DNA from: the human T2T-CHM13v2.0 reference genome, Homo sapiens
Strand: one strand, 5' to 3'
NCBI RefSeq assembly: GCF_009914755.1
Contig: NC_060948.1
DNA length: 64,000 nucleotides
Part shown: positions 52,492 to 64,000 of the stretch, piece after piece
Numbering within the stretch: position 1 is the first letter of the stretch
How the letters are laid out: the number at the start of each line of letters is the position of its first letter
Notes under the pieces: generated by a model
What the model was told of the DNA's origin: nothing
The model's input: only the letters and a program-made list of their open reading frames with translations
Database searches by the model: none
Made by a program: the position numbers and the translations under genes

Positions 52492-52811
52492 TACGCCTGT
52501 AATCCCAGCTCTTTGGGAGGCCAAGATGGGTGGATCACAAGGTCAGGAGTTTGAGACAAACATGAAAAACATACTGAAACCCTATTTCTACTAAATATAC
52601 AAAAATTAGCCAGGTGTGATGGTGTGCACCTGTAAACTTAGATACTCAGGAGGCTGAGGCAGGAGAATCCCTTTAATCCGGGAGGAGAAGGTTGCAGTGA
52701 GTCAAGATCATACCCCTGCACTCCAGCTTGGGTAATAGAGCAAGACTCCATCACAAACAAACAAACAAGCAAACACACAAACAAACAAGCAAACACACAA
52801 ACAAACAAGCA
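52492..52811 (+). mobile_element. AluS, 5'-truncated, with (CAAA)n tail
   Basis: cgcctgtaatcccagc..ggatcacaaggtcaggag..gcactccagc. Confidence 0.85.
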
Positions 52812-52819
52812 AAGTAGTT

Positions 52820-54124
52820 TTAGTCTTTTCACATAGTCCCATAATTCTTGGAGACTTTGTTTCTTCCTTTTTATTCCATTTTTCTAATCTTTTCTTCATG
52901 CTTTATGGCATTAACTTGATCTTCAATCTCTGTGCTGTGTTTTTCAGCTCCATCATGTTGTTCATGTTTTTCTCTAAGATGGTTATTCCAGTAAGCAATT
53001 CCCTGACCTTTTTTTGAGGTTCTTAGCTTCCTGGCTTTGGGTTAAAACATTATCCTTTATCTCAGAAGAGTTTGTTGTTACCCACCTTCTGAAGCCTACT
53101 TATGTCAATTCCTCAAACTCATTCTCTATTCAGTTTTGTTTTCTTGCTGGTGAGGAATTGTGATCTTTTGGAGGAGAAGGGGCATTCTCGTTTTTGGAAT
53201 TTTCTGCCTTTTTGCACTTGTTGTTGTTGTTGTTTTATCTTTGTGCATTGATATTCCTTTGGTCTTTCACGTTGGTGAGTTTTGAATAGGTTTTTTTTTT
53301 TTTTTTTGGAAATCTTTTTAGTAGATGTTGATACTGTGCCTTTCTCTTACTAGTTTTCATTCTAACAGTCAGGCCCTTCTGCTGCAGATGTGCTGGACTT
53401 TGCTGCAGGTCCACTTCTGACCATTTTCGTCTGTGTATCGCTATCAGAGAATGCAGAAAAGCAAAGATTGCTGCCTATTCCTTCCTCTGAAAGCTTCATC
53501 CCAGAGGGGCAGCCTCCAGGTGCCAGTCAGAGCACTCCTGTATGAAGTGTCTGTCGATACCTGCTGAGAGGAGTCCGCCAGTCAAGAGGCATGGGATTTA
53601 TGGATCTGCTTGAGGAGACAGTCTGTTGGAGATCTGCAGCTTTCTACAGAGCCAGCAGGCAGGAAGGTTTAAGTCTGCTGAAGCTGCACCTACAGCCACT
53701 CCTTCCCCCAGATGCTCTGTTTCAGGGAGATAGAAGTTTTATCTATAAGCCCCTAACTGGGGCTGCTGCCATTCTTTCAGAGATGACCTGACCAGAGAGG
53801 AGGAATCTAGGGAGGCAGTGTGGCTACAGCAGCTTGGCTGAGCTGCAGTGACTTCCCAGTGGCTTTGTTTACACTGTGAAGGGAAAACCACCAACTCGAG
53901 CCTCAGTATTGGCGGGTGCCCCTGTCCCCAGCAATCTGAAGCATCCCAGATTAACTTCAGACTACTGCACTGGCAGCAAGGATTTCAAGGCAGTGGATTT
54001 TAGCTTGCTGGGCTCCATGGGCATGACATCCACTGAGCTAGATAACTTGGCATCCTGGCTTCTCCCCCCTGTCAAGGGAGTGAACCATTCTGTCTTTCTG
54101 GCATTTCAGGTGCCACTGGGGCAC

Positions 54125-54163
<39 letters not shown>

Positions 54164-54190
54164 TCAAGCTAGCTCAGTGTCTTCCCAAAC
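52820..54190 (-). mobile_element. L1PA7/8-like partial ORF1 and 5'UTR
   Basis: cttttcacatagtcccata (ORF1) through 5'UTR homologous to 10960-11700; A34 run at 54126-54159. Confidence 0.8.
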
Positions 54191-54784
54191 CAATTTTTAA
54201 ATTTTTAATCTAAATGTACATTTTTATATCTTTTTACAATTTTTTTATTGTTTTTATACACCTTGCATGAAAATTAATGTTTAGCACTTTTGATTACATG
54301 TTATAATGAAATTTTAGCAATTTTTAACTTTATGTAAAACGTGTTAAGTTGTTTTGTTTGTTTTTCCTGTAAATGGCAGTAACACTAAACCTTTCCCCTT
54401 GGTACAATTGAATAATATATTTTTACATTCTCGTACTTAACAATTAGCATTTCTGGGAAGCTGGATTTGCTATAAAGGTATTTTGAAAAATGTCTGTTTT
54501 GTTCTAAATGTCCCCAGACAATAGACAGAGACCCGGAATCCTCTTTATGAAAGAGGACAGTTACACTGAGAAAGCACTACATGTCCCCAAGGTTTCCTCT
54601 AGCTTAGTCCTATTGGTCGTTCGAAGAACTCGACAGCAGGCTGGACTTTCTCCAGTACCAAGAGAAAGCCAGGAAAAGGTAGATCTTACCAGACGACTGA
54701 ATTAGTGTTGTCTGTTGGATGTTCCACTTGGAATTGTCAAAGGGACTCCAAGACTGGAGCTATATGAGGAACAGAGAGTAAGAG

Positions 54785-54841
<57 letters not shown>

Positions 54842-55136
54842 AAGGGAGAGAGAGAGAGAGAGAAAGGGAGAGAGAGAGGAAGAGAGAGAGAAGAGGAAAG
54901 AGGGAGCCAGTGTTAGGGGTGGATTCCTGAGACTTGAGGGTTTTATAGACCTGGCCTGAGCCTTGCAGTTTCCTTCAGGTCATTTGTCCTTCTCACACAA
55001 ACTGCTTGAAGAGTAAAATGAAAGAAAAGTTGGGGCAGGTGGCCAGAGACACTCAGGATCCAGGAGTTAACTTAGGATAAGCTGCCACTGCCCACAGCTT
55101 CCTGGGATCCAACGGGGCCTCTACCCCCAACACTGG
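54191..55136 (-). mobile_element. HERV-FH19-like internal leader remnant with (GA)n
   Basis: Lies immediately downstream of LTR19 and PBS on the minus strand; (GA)n at ~54788-54900; no 3' LTR found. Confidence 0.6.
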
Positions 55137-55154
55137 TCCTGGGTTTCAGCACCA
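55137..55154 (-). promoter_or_regulatory. Retroviral primer-binding site, tRNA-Phe
   Basis: tcctgggtttcagcacca versus tRNA-Phe 3' end tcccgggtttcggcacca; the 2 mismatches are both CpG decay; 2 nt from the LTR end. Confidence 0.85.
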
Positions 55155-55156
55155 AA

Positions 55157-55592
55157 TGTAAAAATTAAAGAAAGAGGTGAGAAACCCAAAGGGCAGCATG
55201 ACTGTCAACAAGGACAGGTTTATTTTGAATCAACCTGAGAGGGGTGGCTGGCCAGGTTAAGTCAGAGCCACATTCTCTTAACAGACTAAGAGATTTTCAA
55301 GATTCAGTCTCAGAGAGTTTGTCAGAGTCTTGGACGGCTTCTGTGTCTCTTTGTTGTGGTTATCTGACAGAGAGAGCTGTGGGTCTGTTTTCATACATCT
55401 TTCTGGAGTTGCAGGCATATTTCCCATGTCTGCTTCTAGCTTCCTTATCTTACTGCACCTGAAGGGAAAGGAATGTGCTTACTATTTGTAGTTAGAAGAC
55501 AAGTGATTTCCTTGAAATGCATGAGGCTAAAAAGAGAGTTGGATGTTAAAGTGGTGATATTTGTTCAAGATGAAGGTGCTCCTGTTCCATCA
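55157..55592 (-). mobile_element. LTR19A-like 5' LTR
   Basis: Minus strand tgatggaacaggagcacc..gcctcatgcatttcaaggaaatcac..aataaacctgtc..cctctttctttaatttttaca matches recalled LTR19. Confidence 0.8.
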
Positions 55593-56627
55593 ATTTCTAG
55601 TCAGGTAATTGCACAACCATTAGTTTTTTTCTTTGTTTGTTTGTTTTGGAGTAATTATATACTTAGAAGTAAATTCTGTTGTCTGTAAATTCAAATCAGC
55701 AAATTTATATGGCTCTATTTGATGTATTTGCCTTACACAAATGCATGCTTTATATTATAGAAACATTATAACACCTGTGAGTTTTAAAAGTTATTTTATG
55801 GTAATGAAGAGTGATTTCTTGGCCCTCTGAAAAACAAGATTAAATTATTTTGTGTATTGAATATTCACAGTTATTAAGGAAATCCCCAAGGTTTATTTTT
55901 TTAAATTAACTTTTCATTAAATTGAAGGGTATTTTAGTAAAAACACTGTAACATAAAATTAAAATTAGTGATAATACGAATAATTAAATGACTTTAATTA
56001 TTCTGTTGAAGTTGTGGAAGTGTTGTTGTTATTTTAATTAGAACAGCATACAAAATCTACAAAAAAATTTACCAAAGCTCTTTATTTTCTCTCTCAAATA
56101 GGAATTTGTATTTAATAATTTTCTGTGTGAGATGTTTGCTCTTTATAAGAACAGGACTCTTTATTCAAATAGAAGCTGTTTTGTAATCTTGATTCTATTA
56201 CACCAATGAATACTTATTTTTCACAGAAATGTAACAACTTGAACAAGGGTGATCAGTTACTAAGAGGAGTATTTAATCTCCTGAGAAGAAAATATACAGA
56301 GCATAGCTATTATATTTACAGAAATATATTTAACTGTTTGTAACATATGCCAGTTTAGGTAAGATATTTTCATAATTTTATGTCAATTAGGTTTTTATTT
56401 TAAAATATTAAATGAGAAGCACATTTTAATCATTATAATATGTAAAGCATCCTAAAGTACAAGCAATATTCCATATACATACATACATATACATATAAAT
56501 ATATATAAATGCATCCCAAATCTGTGTAACTTTAATGTATTTCATGTATTCTCAGGTTATTTATGCACTTGTTTCATTTTTCTGGTAATCTTTAAGTTTA
56601 GATATTGTACCTGATTGATGTTGTCTT

Positions 56628-56910
<283 letters not shown>

Positions 56911-58554
56911 AGACGTTATCTCTTAGTATTGCTTTTTGAAAACTACTGGCTTCCAGGTCATATGCCACACTATCTAAATCAGAATTTCTAGAACTTGGAA
57001 AAGGAATCTATATCCTTAAGGGATCTCAACTGGTCATTTTGTTTGTCAGTTTTAAAAATGTCTTCTATGAGAAACTTTTAGAACGTATGTGTGTTTTTGT
57101 TAAAATAAAGTAAAATAAACAGTTACAATGTAAATAAATAATTTACTTAAATTTTTTGTTGATGTTAACATAAATTAAGAAATGTGATTTTCACTAAATC
57201 TCTCTTAGGGTAGCCTGATTTTTCTCACATCAACCTATTGCACAGTAGTACTAAAGGCATTGATAGATTGTCAAAAATGTAAAACAAAAATATTTGTACT
57301 GTTTTCAGTGTTAGGGCAACATTTCAAAGTTACTAATTTATGGATATAGTTAAAATTTAATTACTATTAAATTTTACATTTATATGTGATGTTGATAAAT
57401 ATTATGTCACACATATGAATGATTGACTCAGACAATTAGGATTTCACTTCATGTAACTTGTTAAAGTCACAAACATTTTACTATCAAAACTAAGTTCTAT
57501 GGTCACACATTCCTGTAATGAAAGTGTTATTTTATTTACCTTCAAGAGGAAACAAATTTGACCCTTTACTCTTCCTGCTCTGATCATCTCTGTGCTTTCT
57601 TTTTTCTCATCCTTGCCTGACTACATCTGAGATGCTGGGATACTTTTAGTAGAGTAGGAGCATATATTCAAATATAAATACAATATTTATTTTAAATGTA
57701 AAAATATAAAACTTAAGAACTCAAAAAAAATTTGTTTTGCACAATTTAACTTGAGATTTCAGTGGCTCATACACAACACATGATTGGTTTATAATATAAC
57801 CTAAGTGTAATTTTAATTGACAAGATTCATTATACATTTATACATCTGAAGGCATTTAGGCAGTGTGTTTTAGGTTTTAGGAATTTTTGAATTTGAGGAA
57901 ACTGAGTCAACACATTTGCAACACATTGTGTACTATTCCTTGTGAGGCCCCAAAGGTACCCAAGAATCAAACATACTAATGTTTCTATGAAGAGAAATGA
58001 ATATTCCCTTTAAGGATGAAGGGTACATGAATGAAGACTTAATAGCTTCCCTCAATTAAGTCTTTATTACATCAGAAATCAAATTACATACCAACCTTAT
58101 TTTTAAAAGCCTTGCTTAATTGAGCATTTTGAATTTCAGATAAAGTGTTTTGAATCTGTCTTAATTATGATTTTGAAAATACAGTACTGAATAAACAGCC
58201 CAGGTGGGATACAAAGCTTCATAATAAACAAGAAAAATACAAAGTGACCTGCTGCCTGTTGTAGGGAGTATATGACTTAGATTTGGAGGTAAAAAGCATC
58301 TTGCAGTAAAAAATACTTGCTTTGTTAAGCTTTTTTTTTTCTAAATAGCTAGTTGGTACAGACTTAGTATTGACATAACTTGACTTTTTAGCAATTATGT
58401 GCGATATTCAGTGTGACTTGATAAACCATTAGAGGATCACAAAAGGCATAAATTAGTAACATCTCACTGGCTATAGCATAGAAAGTTTCACAATAAACCA
58501 CAGTAAGAAAGTATTCAAAATTATGTGTAGAAAAAGATTGTGGGTACTCTGTAT

Positions 58555-58620
58555 TATGTAACTAACCTGCACATTGTGCACAAGTACCCTAAAACTTAAA
58601 GTATAATAAAAAAGAAAAAC
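58555..58620 (+). mobile_element. Extreme 3' L1PA fragment (~60 bp)
   Basis: tatgtaactaacctgcacattgtgcacaagtaccctaaaacttaaagtataataaaaaa. Confidence 0.85.
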
Positions 58621-59074
58621 TGGCAATGTGGAACATATGTGTGGACAGATTCACGAGCTCTTTATGAGTTACAATAGGTAGGTGTTGGTAATTGGATATT
58701 TGAGGAAGTGGAATAGGAAAGAGATGTTAACACCTATGTCTCTTGTGTGATTTGATATGCTGAGGGAATAGTAATGCAATTTACTGATAGAAAGAAAAGA
58801 ATCTGAGCGGATTGTGATTTAGAAGCATATGGGAGATCAAATAGAAAATTGTAATGGGGAGTTGGATACCTATGTCCAGAATTTGGAATCATCTAAAACA
58901 ATACATGTGTTACTACAGATGTAACAATGAAAAAAAGTCATAGAAAGGAATGTCATTGAATGGAAACTTTTTTAAAAAAAGTTAATGTTATCATGGTAGA
59001 TAACATTAAGTTATCCAAAAACAATCCATAGCCTCTATAAGTAGTTAGTTTAACTTGTATGTAAGAAGGAGAGT

Positions 59075-59297
59075 TTTTGTTTGTTTGTTTGTTTTTTTGA
59101 GGGAGTCTCACTCTGTCACCCAGACTGGAGGGCAGGAACGCAATCTCGGCTCACTGAAACCTCCGCTTCCTGGGTTCAAGCAATTCTGTGTGTCACCCTC
59201 CTGAGTAGCTGGGATTACAAGTGTCCACCACCACACCTGGATAATTTTATATTTTTAGAAGAGATGGGGTTTCACAACCTTGGCCAAATTGGTTTTG
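59075..59297 (-). mobile_element. Partial Alu
   Basis: ggagtctcactctgtcacccagactgg..gtagctgggattacaag. Confidence 0.8.
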
Positions 59298-59532
59298 AGA
59301 AAAATTATAATTTTAAAAAACTGTGGTTACACTCAAGACAGATCTTTAGCCTTCTTCTAGAATTCTTAGCTGTGTCATCTGCAGTAAAATAAGACTAAGA
59401 TTGACCAGAATTAGTTACCCAACTCTGCTAGGAGATTAAAAGTTTTATTGTTATAGGATTGTAGAAACAAATCATAGTATATAACTGGAAACTCTATACA
59501 CACACGCCCCCCCAAACACAAAATCATACACA

Positions 59533-59620
59533 ATTTTCACTCAATAGACATTATAATAAGCATACTAAAAAACCTGATTTTCACTCAATAGACATTATAA
59601 TAAGCATACTGAAAACCTGA
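59533..59620. repeat. ~44-bp tandem duplication
   Basis: attttcactcaatagacattataataagcatact(aa/g)aaaacctga occurs twice. Confidence 0.9.
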
Positions 59621-60857
59621 TAATAAACTAAAGGTATTATAAAGTTGTAGAACACGATGATTAAAGCCAAATCATAATCTTAAATTTTAAACAACTGAAA
59701 ATGTTAGATTTTAACAATTAAATTTTTCTAATTGTTCTTTGGTCCACCATCATAGATTTCAAGCAGATTAATTAATGTTGTAAAACGACATTAAGAGTCT
59801 CTATCAATGGGGTTTAATTTATACCATTTAAAAAATAGTTTGTAGTCATATATTGTTTACTATGTAACTTCTTTTATTTGCTCTAAAGTAAGGCTAAATC
59901 ACATCTTAACCTCATCTCATTCAAGGAAGTGATTACAGTAAAATTATACATGTTGGGTTAATGTGGAAAACAGTGAATGTAGATTAATGTGGGTTTTTTG
60001 CAAGAATTTAGTATTCTCCTTATTAAGATTAGCTTGAAATGTTTTGTGTAATGAATATTTAGTCTATTCAATAGGCGTTATTCAGATATATATCAACAGA
60101 TATATATCAACATCTGCTATGTACCAACCACTGTTCAAGGCAGCAGATAACAATATAGGCAAAGATAATATTAATCCAAATTGCACGTGAAAACAAATGA
60201 TACTATTGATAATGTGGCAAATGACTTGATTTTCACTTTATTATAATTTTTAAGAGAATAATACAATGAAATATGTACTGTCAGTGTTACAAGAAGTCTA
60301 TCCATGTTATTCCTTACCTGAAATAATTAGATTACACAAATTACCTTTTTCAAAAGAAATTTATATTATAAATGCTCCTATGGCAAAAAAAAAAAAACAT
60401 AGCTTCTGACTTGGAATATAATATTACTATATTAAGTAAGACACATGGTAGAGAGAAAAAAACAATTTTATTTATCTTTCATGGTAATGACAAAAAAGGT
60501 AGAAGTCTCTATTTTTTGCATTTTTAATATTGACTCTTAAGAAGAGTAAACAATTTTCAGTGTCAATATGTTGCAATTTAGCCAGACCTAGAAGAAAAAT
60601 GACTGATTATTAGCAAATCAGGAAAATTTTATTGTTGCCATTGAAAATTGCTTTAGCCATCATGTGTGTGTTCTTACACTATTAGAATTGAAATCAATTT
60701 TCTACTGCCAATTTATATTGCTGTTCTATCATCATGGGATTCTTGCTTTACATTCTTAAATGTTGTCTCTGAAAAATGAGTGACTACCAAACAAGTTTTT
60801 CTTTTTTATTCAAAAAGTTAGTCTTAAAAGGCTATTCCTCTTTAATAAAAATAATGA

Positions 60858-61025
60858 GGTGAGTGAATATGGTGAGGCATTTCTCTAATCCCAAGTAGTT
60901 GGAAGGCTCAGGCAGGAGTATTCCTTGAACCCTGGAGTGTGAGACCTCATTGAGCTATGAGCTATCATCATGCCACTGTAGTCCAGCCTGGGCCACAGAG
61001 CATAATCCTATGTGTAGAATAAAAA
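60858..61025 (+). mobile_element. Alu right-arm monomer
   Basis: taatcccaagtagttggaaggctcaggcaggag..ccactgtagtccagcctggg. Confidence 0.7.
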
Positions 61026-61307
61026 ATAGAACTATGAAAAGTAATAAAGCCTGACTGTTTTTAATTCACTTTTAATAATGCATGGATAGTATATTTAGCC
61101 AAAACATTTTAAATTAGTAACATGCCAAGAGATCAGATGTTTTAGTCAGATTGCTAGCTCCTCAACTGGCTAAATATGTAACATTTGGCAAAGTATTTCT
61201 CCTAACAGTAATTGATTTTTTTATTTGTTAAATGGATTTACTAGTGCTACCCTCTTAGGGAACTAACTCTGATATTAATTAGATTACCTCAAAAACTTGT
61301 TACATAA

Positions 61308-61378
61308 TAGGCAATAAAATATTAGCACATATTAGGCAATAAAATATTAGGCACATATTAGGCAATAAAATATTAGCT
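61308..61378. repeat. ~25-bp tandem repeat, about 3 copies
   Basis: taggcaataaaatattag(g)cacatat repeated. Confidence 0.85.
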
Positions 61379-61748
61379 ACTACTAGATATTACAGATTAT
61401 TTTCATCTGCTTATTTTAAAGCTCATAGTGCATATAATAAAATTCCAGCAGAGCGAAAATGACTGTTAGATACAATAGAACACTCTAAGAGTCATTATCA
61501 AAAATGAGCATATCGGTGTGTAAAATGTATGGTAGTTTTATTTAACGGTTGTTTCATTGTTTACCGTAGTGTTTTTTCTTACAATTTTGTGGAAGCCTGT
61601 GTCAGAGTTAAGAACTTTTATAGAAGAGGATAATCATGGATGATTGAAATTGACATTTTAAGCTGATACTGAAAGTTATTCTAACTTCTATTACATTTAT
61701 AGTTGTATTTTCTTTCAAAGGATAATGGAAGTCTTAAAAAGAAAATGG

Positions 61749-61906
61749 ATACTTCCCTGACAGGGGAGATACCTAGGAATCCAACTTCCCAGGGCAAGAC
61801 TGATCTATTGCACTATGGATGTGCCGACCCCTGAGATTTACAAAATTGTGGGAAACTCAACTGCATAATTTATGGAAATGAAGGACTGTGTTTGCGCTTT
61901 CACGTG
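61749..61906 (+). pseudogene. RNU1P: U1 snRNA processed pseudogene with A-rich tail and TSD
   Basis: atacttccctgacaggggagatacc..cattgcact-like..tgtgggaaactcaactgcataatt..ggactgtgtttgcgcttt matches U1; tail 61907-61928; TSD aaaagaaaat(g/t)g at 61737-61748 and 61929-61940. Confidence 0.92.
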
Positions 61907-62716
61907 GAAAAGAAACAGAAAAGAAAAGAAAAGAAAATTGACTTGTTTAGTGGATATAGAAACTTGAAACTAGACCATGTACTGGAAACAATTCAGTATG
62001 CCTACAAAAGTTGGTCTCCAGCACAAAACAATAAAACATCAAATGGTTATGTCTTAGGCAGATCAAATAGTGTTAGGATGACACTTGCAAAACCTTGCAA
62101 ACTGAGTCCACATGAGGGGACGAGGGGAAGCACCCAAAGGAAGCAGATAAATCTGGGAAAAAGAGAAGTCATTTTTAAATGTGTAAGCCAATGTTTATGT
62201 ATTAATATTTCCCTTAAAAATATTTATTTTATTAAATGGTTAACATTGGTTTCTTTGACCTTAAAAAGTAGGTTTTCTTTTGGAAATGACTGATGTGAAA
62301 TGGTCTAGAAATTACACAGCTAGAATAATTCAGATTTTTCCCTGACTTATACATCATTTGCAGGAGTTGTGAAGATGTTAAAGATGCCAGCTTTTTTGCA
62401 TTTCTTAGAAGTTTATTCTAAATGAAGAAAATTAAATATAAGGTATAAAGTTACTTTCATAATAAAATTGTCAATCTTTTTAAATATTTTGAATTTGAAG
62501 CCAGATAATCAAGATTCCTTAGATGAGCGTAAGTCCTCTTCAACAGAAGATGCCACATTATGTCCTCATCCAACAGGATTTATGTATGAACAGGTAAAAA
62601 TAAATAAATACATACATACATAAATTTTTATTTTTCTTTTTCAAACTCATTTTGATCTTTACTTATATGGTCTTCAATTTTATTTCCTTACATATTTGGT
62701 AACATATCAGCTGTGA

Positions 62717-64000
<1,284 letters not shown>

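Noticed and set aside
61749-61906. Functional variant U1 snRNA
   Set aside because: 5' recognition sequence mutated (ACTTCCCTG), stem-loop I replaced, Sm site altered, and the copy has a TSD and A-tail with no recognisable PSE.

Overview
Human (L1HS-Ta diagnostics present), repeat-rich genomic DNA with no intact cellular protein-coding gene. The window is a chain of decayed genes: a processed ELOC (TCEB1) pseudogene (+, ~1.1-2.2 kb), an unprocessed OFD1 pseudogene (-, exons 2-5 and 7-13, ~13.4-35.9 kb), an unprocessed TRAPPC2/SEDL pseudogene (+, 37.8-41.0 kb, retaining a fossil AT-AC U12 intron), a RAB9A pseudogene (-, 47.8-52.0 kb) split by a young L1HS Ta-1 insertion, and 3' exons of a USP9X/Y pseudogene (+, 56.2-62.6 kb) interrupted by a U1 snRNA retrocopy. 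OFD1-TRAPPC2-RAB9A keep their Xp22.2 order and orientation, and this pseudogene combination is characteristic of the Yq ampliconic region (inference; I cannot tell which amplicon copy). The rest is L1 of several ages, about 20 Alus, an LTR22 solo LTR, an LTR19/HERV-FH19 remnant with a tRNA-Phe PBS, MLT1, MER3-like and simple repeats. I found no evidence of a novel biological system. The most unusual signals are a 19-nt L1-ORF2 patch inside the U1 retrocopy, the Ta-1 L1 whose TSD supplies an in-frame ATG, a probable homologue of the OFD1 RP23 cryptic exon, an L1 fold-back junction and several unexplained diverged duplications. All homology calls come from reference sequences recalled from memory and aligned by eye, not from a database search.
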